DNA from: Ginglymostoma cirratum
Taxonomy: Eukaryota
Length of the DNA stretch: 64,000 nt
Assembly: GCA_024137785.1 (NCBI GenBank)
Contig: JAHRHZ010000235.1
Location: forward strand, 62,001-126,000
Direction of reading: 5' to 3'
Shown: piece by piece, positions 12,681 to 23,832 of the stretch
Layout of the letters: each line of letters opens with the position of its first letter
Position numbering within the stretch: the first letter of the stretch is position 1
Made by a program: the position numbers and the translations under genes
The notes under the pieces: model-generated
Databases searched by the model: none
Seen by the model: only the letters and a program-made list of their open reading frames with translations
Told to the model about the DNA's origin: nothing

Positions 12681-13140
12681 CATTTTCCGCTTGGGGACCC
12701 TACAGCCCTCCGGTCTCAATATTGAGTTCAATAATTTTAGGGCCTAAATCCTCCCATGTCCCAGCCCCCACCCCACACACCAGACCTTGTTACCACATAT
12801 CCTGCCACTACACACCTCCTGTTGTTAGTCACTAACAGTTCCCATTAACAACTATTCCTCATCCCAGCCTGATCGTTAGCATATTCCTTTGTCTATTCAA
12901 ATTCTTTCTCTCTCTTTGGGGTCTATCTTATCGTTTACTCCATACCCCACCCACCTCCCTATTTTCTGCATATAAACTGACATTTTCCCAGTCACCGTCA
13001 GTTCTGAGGAAGGGTCACCGGACCCGAAAAGTTAACTCTGTTTTCTCCTCCATAGATGCTGCCAGACCAGCTGAGCTTTTCCAGAAACGTTGTTTTTGGT
13101 CCTGATTTACAGCATCCGTAGTTCTTTTGGTTTTTATTCA
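12680..13140 (+). mobile_element. Penelope-like element 3' fragment (second subfamily)
   Basis: End of the GIY-YIG region (FRLGTLQPSGLNIEFNNF), followed by a terminal repeat with the hammerhead-like GTTCTGAGGAAGGGTCACCGGACCCGAAAAGTTAAC at 13001-13036. Confidence 0.7.
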
Positions 13141-13219
13141 CTAAAGATCTGATCCTCTGATCACTGTTGGTCTACTGTATGGGATCATGCTGTGCACAAT
13201 TAGCCGTGAAAGACTTTGA

Positions 13220-13530
13220 GACACCCTGAGGTGGATACAGGTGCTACAAAAATGCACGTCTTTCTTTGAGATTGCAGTTTCCTGATCCTGACCCTTTCCC
13301 ATTGTCCGCACACTCCCACCTTCCGGGTGTAATGGGGTCATTAGGAGCAATGACCCTGGCTGACACCAGGACACTGCGATTTATTGCAGCCTCACACTTG
13401 ACATCAACCCACTGCTGGGCAGCAAGGTTTGAAAATAAATCTAGAATCTTCTACACAGACACCCAACGCGACTCTTTCCTGAAGTATGTTCATCGAAGTC
13501 TGCTTCAATATTTTCAAATAAAGTTCTCCC
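13220..13530 (+). promoter_or_regulatory. Conserved non-coding block in cluster-1 J-C intron (candidate intronic enhancer)
   Basis: Aligns by eye to the reverse complement of 61395-61700, with an identical 19-mer AGCCTCACACTTGACATCA at 13388-13406. The homology is seen directly; enhancer function is inferred. Confidence 0.5.
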
Positions 13531-13639
13531 AATCTGCAAGTGATCAGAGGTTTGTTAAAGAGATATCAAACTCCCTCCCAATTTCCAGCTCTTGCTCCGT
13601 AGGTCTGGAGGTCTCAGTGTTTCAAGTGAATATCCAATT

Positions 13640-14900
13640 TTTTTTCAATAAGATGAGGATTTCTATCTCTCCCATCCTTTTCATTCAGTGAGTTCCAGAT
13701 CCCACTAGCCTCTGGGTGAAAAACTATCTCTTCAACTCCCCTCAAACCCTTCCACCCCCATTCATTTCAATCTCTCCTCATAGTTATTGCCCTCTCTGTT
13801 GATGGAAATCAGTCCTTCCTATCCACTTTATCCGGGCCCCTCATCCTTTAACACACCTCGATCTAATCTCCCTTCAACATCCTCTGTTCAAAAGAAAACA
13901 GTCCCAGACAATCCAATCATCCTTCAAAGCTAAAGCTCCCTATTCCTGACAAAATCCTCATAAATCTCTTCTGCCCCCTCTCTGATGGGATTGCATCCTC
14001 CAAGTATTCTGATGACCAGAACTGCACACACTGCGCTCGAACTGGTGTTTTATACAGGTCCAGAATAAACAAATTCCGTGTTTTCACTCACAATCAAAAG
14101 TAAGACTTACCCCATTTGTCTTCTTAACCACCTTATCTATCTGCATTCATTAAGCAACATGGCCACATCTTTCACCTTCACTATGACTCTGTTATTCTAT
14201 ATTGTTATTAGCTGGGGAACAAGCACTGAAGCCTGGGGCACCCCAACTGGTAAATACTTGCAATTCAGGCAAAGACCTGTTTATTCCTATTCTTTGTGCC
14301 CTGTCTGCCAACAATTCTCTATCCATGTCAGTACCCGTCCCTCAATCCTCTTGCTCTTTCTGTATTTATAAAACAACGTTGGGATTTCCCTGGTTCACGT
14401 GGAAATATTTCATCCTGTCAGCTCTTTGTTTTCCTCAGGTCCTGTTTAATTTCACCCCTGAATTTTCTATCCTCCTCTTGGGTTTCTGCAGGATTGAACT
14501 CTGGGTATCCAATAAAACCTTCCCAGTTTGGCCTTCCCTATTCTGGCTGTTTTCTCATATTCCGGGCTGAGAGTCTGGATTTGGGGGTCCCACATTTACT
14601 CTTTGTAGGAACAGATTCTGAATGATATCTGTCTCGTCCTTGGAGGCCTTCCACTGCCCTGACATTGATTTCCCGTCAAGTCGCTGGTTCCAGTCCCCTT
14701 TTACCAAATTACCGCACAGTTTTGTAAAATGGTTCATTCCCAAATGAAAACATTGATACATGCTCCATGGTTCTCGATTTCCATCCCAACTGTCAATCTC
14801 ACGGAGTTCTGTTCACTGTCACTAAAATTCTCCCTCATTGATAGCCCTTCCCGCTGCCCACATTCATTCCCTGAACGATAGTATGAAACTGTCCGTTCTC
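13640..14900 (-). mobile_element. Old CR1 LINE fragments
   Basis: Reverse-strand similarity to the CR1 3' end and to the endonuclease-RT linker (GDWNQRLDGKSMSGQWKASK). Confidence 0.6.
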
Positions 14901-15133
14901 TTTCTGGTGATTAACCATCATTCTCTCAGGAACAGTTAGGGATGGGCAATAAATGCTGGCCATGCCAGTGACACTCACATCCAAGAGAGTAGTTTAAACA
15001 ATGCCTGTTCTTTTGTTGGGGTTTTTAACATATTGGCCAAAAATGTTCAAATGGACTGTTTCACCAGTTAATATTCGGAAACTTTAAATCCCTTTGAATG
15101 GTGGAGATTAAAATTGCTTCTTTTGTCATTCAG

Positions 15134-15462
15134 GCCGTGAGATGTCTCAGCCCAAGCTGACCCTGCTGCCCCCCTCCTCGAAGCAGGTCCAGACCAAGGG
15201 CACTGCCACCCTGGTGTGCCTTGTCAATCACTTCTATGCCGATGATCTGGAGGTGCAGTGGAAGAAGGATGGTGCAATCATTTTGGACGGTGTTCAGACC
15301 AGCAACTACCTGCGAGCTTCGGACAGCACCTACAGTGTCAGCAGCCTGCTGACCCTCTCTGGCTCTGTCTGAGAGTCAAACGCTCGCTTCTCCTGTGCCC
15401 TCACCCACGACACCCTCTCCTCTCCCCTCAGCAAGAGCATCGGGAGATCAGAATGTGTGTAG
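15134..15462 (+). pseudogene. IGKC: Ig kappa-type C exon, cluster 1, with premature stop
   Basis: Acceptor TTCAG ends at 15133. The exon reads (S)REMSQPKLTLLPPSSKQVQTKGTATLVCLVNHFYADDLEVQWKKDGAIILDGVQTSNYLRASDSTYSVSSLLTLSGSV*ESNARFSCALTHDTLSSPLSKSIGRSECV*. TGA at 15370-15372 replaces Trp; the normal TAG is at 15460-15462. Confidence 0.95.
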
Positions 15463-16042
15463 TGTGTTCGAGACAGTCCACAGAGGGGACACAACTTTAA
15501 ATAGAACAGGGCTGAGCAGGACAAAGGTCATTGTCAGCACGGAATTTCAACTCTCTTCCTTCTCGGGACTGGATCAGAGACACTTCTGAGGTTCAGGGGT
15601 TATGGCAGGTCATTTGGACAGTGTAGAGGGAGCTTTACTCCTCTATGGGGGAGCTTTACCCCATACTGTTCCTGTCCTGGGAGTGTTTGATGGGGAAAGT
15701 GTTGACTTGTGATGCCAAGTAAAACCTCTCGAAGATGCAGAAGACTGTCCCCTGTACAAAAACAATGTGAATCTCAGAAGTCTCTGCTTCAGTTAACCAT
15801 TCCGACTTCCTGCTCAGCCTCCAGTTCCAATTTAAGAGTTCGTCACTGTTTAAAGGGACAGGATTCTCATGTTATTGAGAAAATCTCCACAGGTGTTTTC
15901 CTCATTTTCCATTATGACTGTGAATTTGTACGTCTTCCTCTATTGGGCTGTTAATTGCAATTTTTTTCTGTCAATGCTAATCTGGAAAAGGGAACAAAAA
16001 TGAAGAAGATTCAGTCTCAGTCTCTGTGTGTCTTTTGGAAAC

Positions 16043-17150
16043 GGTCAGAGCTGAAGCCTCAGGGAAAGGTGTGTGAAGTGAAAAGTTCCTCCCTCACGGC
16101 TTGGAGCAAGAGAGAGAGAATGGAGCAGGGCGATGGGGTCCCTGGAGGGGGAGGGCAATGCTACAATTGTGGCATTTAGCAGGAATGCAGGGCCCCACGG
16201 AAATCTGTCCCAATAAATGGGGAAAAGCAGGAAGGTGTGTTTAACTTCTGAAAGGTAGAGGAACGATGCCGAGAGGAAGCTGAATTCAGAGAGTAGATGG
16301 GGAAGGTCCAGAGCCAGAGAAAGGAGGGCACCTCTCCCTCCACTTCAGCCTTTACCCCCTTCCACTGGTGGTACGCTGAAGAGGCAGTACCCATCTTGAA
16401 TACCTATGCCCAATGGTATACGATAAATGGGGAAGATCCTGTGCCCATGTATGTGTGGGTAAGGAATGTCGAGCATATCTCGTATACACTGGTGTGTCTC
16501 ACATGCTGATCCATTTATCGAAGCCACTGGGATCAGACATCTTCAGTGAGAGACCAAATGTTGGAGATCACGGGTGTCTCAGTGACGGGAGCAGGGATCA
16601 AAAACCTGGAGAGTCAGGCTGGGCTCTCTGAGCACCAAATGGGAATGTATCTGAACAAAATGAGGAGGGCTCACTCTGGGAGTGCTCAGAGCAGATGGAC
16701 TCATTGCTGACAGATTGGCAGTGGGTCTTTACACAGTTGGACATTTCAAACATGTTCTGGCCCATCTCTTAGGAGGCAGGGCTGAGGACCAGGACATATT
16801 CACCTTCACGTTTAAAGACCAACAATATCAGTTGAGCTGTCTGCTCCAAGAGTTCCAGAATCATCCTTCCATCTTCCAGCACAGCACGGCACACGGGCTG
16901 CGAGAGGTCAGTTCAGTTCCCCCCAAACAGTTTGGACAGTGTGTGGCCGACTTGCTGCTGTTCTCGGGAACTGAGGAGCAGGACCTGTCCCTTTGGGATG
17001 GCAGAACTACCAGAAACTGCTCGGAGTGCTCCAGATGTTGATCCCTCCCCTGGAGCAGCAGGTAAAAAGCTGCAGCATTGCTCAGGCTCCTTGATGCCAT
17101 AATCCATGAACTGAGGCCTAGATGTCGAGGGCTGTCACTCTGCTCTCACC
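16043..17150 (+). mobile_element. Decayed endogenous retrovirus gag-pro-pol remnant
   Basis: Domains in retroviral order: zinc knuckle CYNCG-/-HLA-/-ECRAPRK (16159-16203, frameshifted); protease-like GRSCAHVCVG...LVYTGVS (16479-16499, degenerate LVDTGAS); RT motifs FTQLDISNMFW (about 16730-16762), FTFTFKDQQYQLSCLLQEFQNHPSIF and QCVADLLL (degenerate QYVDDLL). Confidence 0.8.
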
Positions 17151-18916
17151 TCACTTGAGAGCTCATTACAACTAACGTGACTCTTTGCTGGATTTGTATT
17201 TGGAACATTTATAGTGTGACCAATAATGCTTTTATTAAATCTGGTATCAAAATAATCTGATAGCAATCCCACTCCACAGCACGCCATCCCTGAGGCTCAG
17301 CATGATTGAAGACAAGCAATTCAGCTCAACTGTTTGGAAGCCAGGGACACTAGGAACGTTTTGTTGATCAATATGACCAGCAGGATCTTGCTACCCAGAA
17401 TAACATTTCAACAGGGTTTGGGGAATAAATATTCTGTAGCCCCCGGGCCATCTCAGTGAGGATCACCCAGGGCTCAGGGTGGATTCAAGAGCAGCTCATT
17501 GTCCTGACTGTTGTGTTCTTCAGTCCACATGTGGCTCCAGCAATCTCACTCCATGGCTCAAGTTATCAGTGGGAACCAATGGGGTTGAAATCTTATCCGA
17601 ACACACCCTCACACAGCGGGGAGGCTGCTGGTGGCTCAGAAACCCCTTGGATTCAGCCCCAGATTCCCCTGTGGCTCTTTCATTCAAACATAGCATTAAC
17701 ATACTGATTCCACATTCAGAGGTCAATCCTGAGCTGGGGCAAGCTTGCATCTTGATTCCAATGTGGGCGGAAATGGGGAAGAGTGTGAAATGTCCAGTCT
17801 GAAACTGGTGGGTGTACTTTATGATGAAGAATAGAAACTGATGTCACAATTAAGACTGGTGTTGATGGGAGTGAAACATATCTCAGTGAGCTGTTTCCAG
17901 AATCTACAGACTAAAGGCATCCTTCTGTCAGACACCAAAGACTGAGAAAGCAGCTCCTCAATATTGCTCCAGATTTCCCTTGAAAGATGCAATATTCTCT
18001 GCCTCAGTGGTTGCCTGGAACAGGGCATTTATAAAAGGACTGTGGGAAGGGAAGTGTTGACTCTCAGTGATAAAACCAATGAAAGGATGTGGAGCTGACA
18101 CTGTGAAATGTTAGGACCCAGAGAATGACACCAGAAGCTTTTCAATATTGTCACTCTCCAGCTTGCAATTTCTGAACTGGCAATACTTCGGTTTTGCCCA
18201 CAGATTGCTGTCATATTCAATCTATTTGCCTTTATTGCTTTGCTTCTTTTGACTTGAGTCTGTGAGTAGTTCCCTCAAAACCCAATCTCCTCACACCCAT
18301 CCTGGCCCCTGAAGAGATTAGACAGAGAAGATTGGATTGCAACAAGCATCACAGGGATTTCATACTCTGCCTCCGCCTCTCAGTGTTTTTCCCCCCTCAG
18401 CTGATTGGCTAGCTTTCAGCGAGTCACTGTTCTGATTGGCCACTTCCCCTGTCCATCGATTACACATCCAATGAAGATTGCACTGAGACCCAATCGTCAA
18501 TCATTTTCAAATGATCCCTTTGATCTGGAATCTGTTACGGTTAGAAGATTCGAAACAGATCAGAAACTGAAAGCTGCTGGGACTCAATCATTACAATCTG
18601 TGGGATTCACTCTTCACTCTGTTGTTTCAGACCTAACTGGTGTGATCACACTGTGCACTCTGCTGCTTCTGGGCTACACCTGAAATGATTGCTGGCCAAT
18701 CACAGACACTGGAAGTGCGGTGTTTCTCTCTTTGTGGGTACGTGACTCCAAGAGACACGTACAGGCAGCACAGAGTAACACAGCCAAACTCACAGAGATA
18801 CCCACAGGCAGCACTGAGTAACACTCCCACACTCAAGAGAGATACCCACAGGCAGCACAGACCAATATACCCACACTCAGAGAGGCACCGACAGGCAGCA
18901 CAGAGTAACATGGCGA

Positions 18917-21900
18917 TTGGGAGAACTGCTGATGCTGGAATCAGAGATAACACAGTGGAGGAACACAGCAGGCCAGGCAGCATCAGAGGAGCAGGAAAGT
19001 TGACATTTCATGTCAAGCACCTTTTCAGAAATGGGGGAGGGGGGAGGGAGCTCAGCAATAAATAGAGAGGTGTAAGAGAAGACGGACAGGTTGTGTCAGG
19101 TGAAGGAGGCAGGGGATAAGAGGGAGGGTTGATCATGGGTTGTGGCCAGGTCTGGGGAGATTTTAAAACTGGTGAATTCCATGATTAGGCCATCGGGCTG
19201 TAAGCTCCTGAGGTGCAATATGAGGTGCTGATCTTTCAGTTTCCGGGTGGTGTCATTGTGACACTGGAGGAGGCCCAGCATGGAAATGTCACCCAGGGAT
19301 TAGGAGGGGGAGTTGAAGTGGTTCGCAACTAGAAGGTGTTGTCGTTTGTCATGATCAAAGCGCAGGTGCTCTACAAAGCGATCTCTAAGCCTTCACTTGG
19401 TCTCACTGTTGTAGAGGAGTTCACATCGGGAACAGCAGATGCAATAGAACATGTTGGCAGATGTGCAGGTGAACCTCTGTCTGATGTGAAAGGTTTGTTT
19501 GGTTCCTTGGATGGAGGTGAGGCGGGAGGTGTAGGGGCAGGTGTAGCACTTGGTGTCGCCCCACCCACCTTGAAGTTGCTGAGATTTCACTAACTCCATC
19601 CCCACGGCCAGCACCACACAGCCACAAGCTCTGCACCCAACCCCACCTCCGAGCCCTGCCGAGTCTTCGTCTTCACCCCCATTGACCCCCAAGACCTCCC
19701 CCTCACTGAGGACGAAAGGTCCATCCTCAGTAAAGGACTCACCTTTAACCCCTCGACCCACACAGCAATGAGTTCCGTTCACACTTGGATGTTGAACAAT
19801 TTCTCTGCTGCCTTCGTGCCTATTTCTTTAACTGTGAGTCTAATCCACCCTATACAGACCCCTTCTCCCACCTCAAATTCGCTCCATCCTTCTGGGCACC
19901 ACCCTACGTCCTTCTATCCTTCGTCAACTGTTTCATCTCCAACTGCTGTCGCAACATCGATCACCTCAAATTCCACACCCCTTGCACTCACTCCAACCTC
20001 TCCTCCACGGAACATGCAGCCCTCCGCTCCCTCTGCTCCAACCCTAACCTCACCATCAAACCCACGGATAAGGGCAGCGCAGTTGTGATATGGCGCACTG
20101 ACCTTTACATCGCCATGGCCAGGCGCCAACTCTCTGACACCTCCGCCTAAACAGCCTCGATCATGACCCCACCTCTGACCACCAAAACATCACCTCTCAT
20201 ACGATTCACAACTTCACCACCTCAGGTGACCTGCCATCCACAGCGTCCAACCTCATCTTTCCCCAACCCCTTACCGTCAGTTTCTATCTTCTTCCCAAAA
20301 TCCACTAACCTGACTGTCCCAGCCGACCCATTGTCTCTGCCTGCTCCTGCCCCACTGAACTTATCTCTGCCTACTTTGACTCCGTTTTCTCCCCAGGGTC
20401 CAGGAGCTCCCCACCTTCACCTGGGACACCACCCACGCCCTCCACCTCCTCCAAGGCTTCCGATTCCCTGGCCCCCAACACCTCATCTTCACGATGGAAA
20501 TCCAATCCCTGTACAATTGCATTCCCCACGTGGATGGCCTAAAAGCCCTCCGCTTCTTCCTCTCCCGCAGGGCCAACCAGACCCCTCCACCAACACAATT
20601 ATCTGCTTAACCAAACTTGTCCTTACCCTTAACAACTCCTTCAACTCCTCCCACTTCCAACAGACTAAGGGGTTACATAGAACAGTCCCTTTTCTACTGT
20701 ACTCTGGCATTATCCCCCACCTCTTTCTCCACTACATCGATGACTGAATTGGCACTGCTTCATATTCCCACAAGGAGCTTGAACAGTTCATCGACTTTAT
20801 TAATACCTTTTAACCCAACCTCATGTTCACATGGACTATCTCTGATACATCACTCTCATTCAGGGACCTCTCCACCTCCATCTCTGGTGACTGCCTCCAA
20901 ACCAGTATCTATTTCAAGCCCATCAACTCCCACAGCTACCTGCACTACACCTCTGCTCAACCACCTTCCTGCAAGAATGCAATCCCCTAATCCCAATTCC
21001 TCCAGCTTCGCCGTGTCTACTCCCAATATGGGGCATTCCACTCCCGAACATTCCAGATGTCCTCTTACATTAAGGACCTCAGCTTCCCCTGTTCGGTGGT
21101 CAATAGTGCTCTCAACGACATCTCTTATGTTTCCTGCACCTCTGCCCTCACATCCCCTCCCCCCAACAAAAACAAAGACAGAATGCCCCTTGTCCTCACA
21201 TATCACCCCACTAACCTCCTTATCCAATATATCATTCTCCACCACTTCCGCTATCCACGTTTTAACCTACAAACAAAGGTATATTTCCCTCCCAACCCCT
21301 ATCTGCCTTCCGTGGGGACCATTTTCTCTGCGACTCCCTCGTTCACTCTACACTCCACACTCCCCACCAGACCCACCACACCCAACATCTTTCCCTGCAA
21401 CTGCAGGAGGTGCTAACGCTGCCCCTACAACTCCCCCCTCAACTTCATCCAAGGCACCAAACAAACCTTTCACATCAGGCAGAGGTTCACTTGCACATCT
21501 GCCAACATGGTCTATTGAAACCGCTGCTCCTGATGTGGCCTCCTCCACATCGGCGAGACCAAGCGGAGGTTCAAGACCACTTTGTAGAGCACCTGCACTC
21601 CGTTCGCGACAAACGACAACGCCTTCTGGTCATGAACCACTTCAAATTCCCCGCCCGCTCCCTGGGTGGCATGTCCAGCCTGGGCATCCTCCAGTGGCAC
21701 AATGACACCACCCAGAAACTGGAGAATATCACCTTATATTCCGTCTCGTGAGCCTACAGCCCAATGGTCTCAATGTGGATTTTACCAGGTTCAAAATGTC
21801 CCCACCCCCCAGCCACATCCCATGACCAACCCTCACTCTCATCCCTGCCTCCTTTACCTGACACAAGCTGTCCATCTTGTCTCCCACATATCCACTCCTA

Positions 21901-22112
21901 CCACCTCACTGACTAATCCTCACTACTCCCTATCCGCTCTTACCTGTCGCCATCCCACCTACATTCCCGAGCCCCATCCCTCCTCTCTATTTATTTCTGA
22001 GCTTCTTTCACCCTATCCCATTTCTGAAGAAGGGCCCCAGCCCGAAACACCAACTTTCCTGCTTGCCTAATGCTGTCTGGTCTGCTGTGCTCCTCGTTCT
22101 CCACACTGTGTT
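18917..22112 (+). mobile_element. Penelope-like retroelement (RT + GIY-YIG), decayed, with inverted 3' duplication
   Basis: + strand KPTDKGSAVVIW, HLFLHYIDD (RT catalytic motif) and a GIY-YIG region at about 21400-21790. Region 18917-19550 is an inverted copy of the endonuclease and terminal repeat (HIRQRFTCTSANMFYCICCSRCELLYNSETK on -). This inverted arrangement is known for PLEs. Confidence 0.9.
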
Positions 22113-22514
22113 AACACAGAGTACCACACTCACTCTCACAGAGACACCTACAGGCAGCACTCAGCAACACACCCATATACAATGAGACACCTACAGGCTG
22201 CACAGAGTAACACAGTCACACTCAGAGAGACACCTGCAGGCAGCACCAAGTAACACACTCAGTCACAGAGAGACACCGACAGGCAGCAGAGAGTAGCACA
22301 CTTATTCTGAGAGAGACACCAACCAGCAACATAGAGTAACACACTCACTCTGGGAGAGACAGCTGCAGGCAGCACAGAGTAACATAAGCACAGTCAGAGA
22401 AACAGTGACCAGCAGCACAGATGACGCACACACACAGAGAGAGACACCTACAGGCAGCATAGAGTAACACAAGCACACTCAGAGAGACATCTGCAGGCAG
22501 CACAGAGTCACACA

Positions 22515-23832
22515 ATGGATTTATGATCACTTGAAAAGGCACAGTTTGATTCGTGATAGTCAGCATGGATTTGTGATGGGTAGATCATGCCTCACAAACC
22601 TTATTAAATTCTTCGAAGGGGTGATCAAACACGTGGCTGAAAGTAGAACAGTGGATCTGATATACATGGATTTAAGTAATGCATTTGATAAGGTTCCCCA
22701 TGGTAGGTTCATGCAGAAAGTAAGGAGGCAAGAGATAGGCAGAAATGTGGCAGATTGGATTCAGAATTGGCTGACCCTTAGAAGAAAAAGGATAGTAGTG
22801 GAGGGAAAATAATCAACATGGAGCTCAGTCATGAGTGGTGTACCACAAGGATCTGTTCTGGGTCCTCTTCTACTTGTGATTTTTATAAATGATTTGGAGG
22901 TCGGAGTGGAAGGATGGATTAGTAAGTTCGTGGACAATAAGAAGGTGGGTCGAGTTGTGGATAGTGTAGAGGGCTGTTCTAGGTTACAAAGGTACAATGG
23001 TAGAATGCAGAGCTGGGCTGAGAAGTGGCAGATGGAGTTTAACCCTGAAAAGTATGAGGTGATTCATTTTGGAAGGACAAACTTGAAAGCAGAAAACAGC
23101 ATTAACGGAAAGATTCTTGGCAGTGTGGAGGAGCAGAGGGATCTTGGGGTACATGTCCACAGTCCCCTGAAAGCTGCCACCCAGGTGGGTAAAATTGTTA
23201 AGAAGGCGTGTGGTGTGTTAGATTTCATTAATAGAAGGATTGAGTTCAAGAGCCGTGAAGTTATGATCCAGCTATACAAAAGCCTGGTTTGGCCACCTCT
23301 AGAGTGTTGAGTCCAGTTCTGGTCGCCCCATTACAGGAAAGATGTGGAAGCATTGTAAAAGGTGCGGAGGAGATTTACCAGGATGTTGCCTGGAATGGAG
23401 GAAAGGTCTTACGGGGAAAGGTTGAGAGAGCTAGGGCTTTTCTTTTTAGAACGACGAAGGATGAGAGGTGACTTGGCAGAGGTGTACAATATGATCAGAA
23501 GTATAGATAGAATGCACAACCAGAGACTTTTTCCTAGGGTGGAGGTAGCTATTACGAGGGGTCATAGTTTTAATGTGAGTGTAGGTAGATACAGGGGAGA
23601 CGTTAGAGGTAGCTTCTTTACTCAGAGAGTGGTAGGGGAGTAGAATGCATTGCCGGAGAGGGTAGTAGAGTCGATCTCATTAGGGGCATTTAAGCGGCTG
23701 TTAGATGGGCATATGGATGATAGTATAAGATAGAGGTGGAGGTTAGATAGACCTTAGGATTAAGGTAAAAGCTCGGCACAACATCGTGAGCTGAAGGGCT
23801 TGTGCTGTGTTGTACTGTTCTATGTTCTAGAA
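22515..23832 (+). mobile_element. CR1/HER1 LINE, 5'-truncated ORF2 RT to tail
   Basis: [53 protein letters not shown]. The tail is TGTTCTATGTTCTA. Confidence 0.92.

Noticed and set aside
6352-15372. All four premature stops are TGA (selenocysteine, read-through, or germline AID editing?)
   Set aside because: Each is one substitution from TGY, TGG or CGA. Contexts are mixed, with only one clear RGYW hotspot. No SECIS evidence, and other elements have decayed too.
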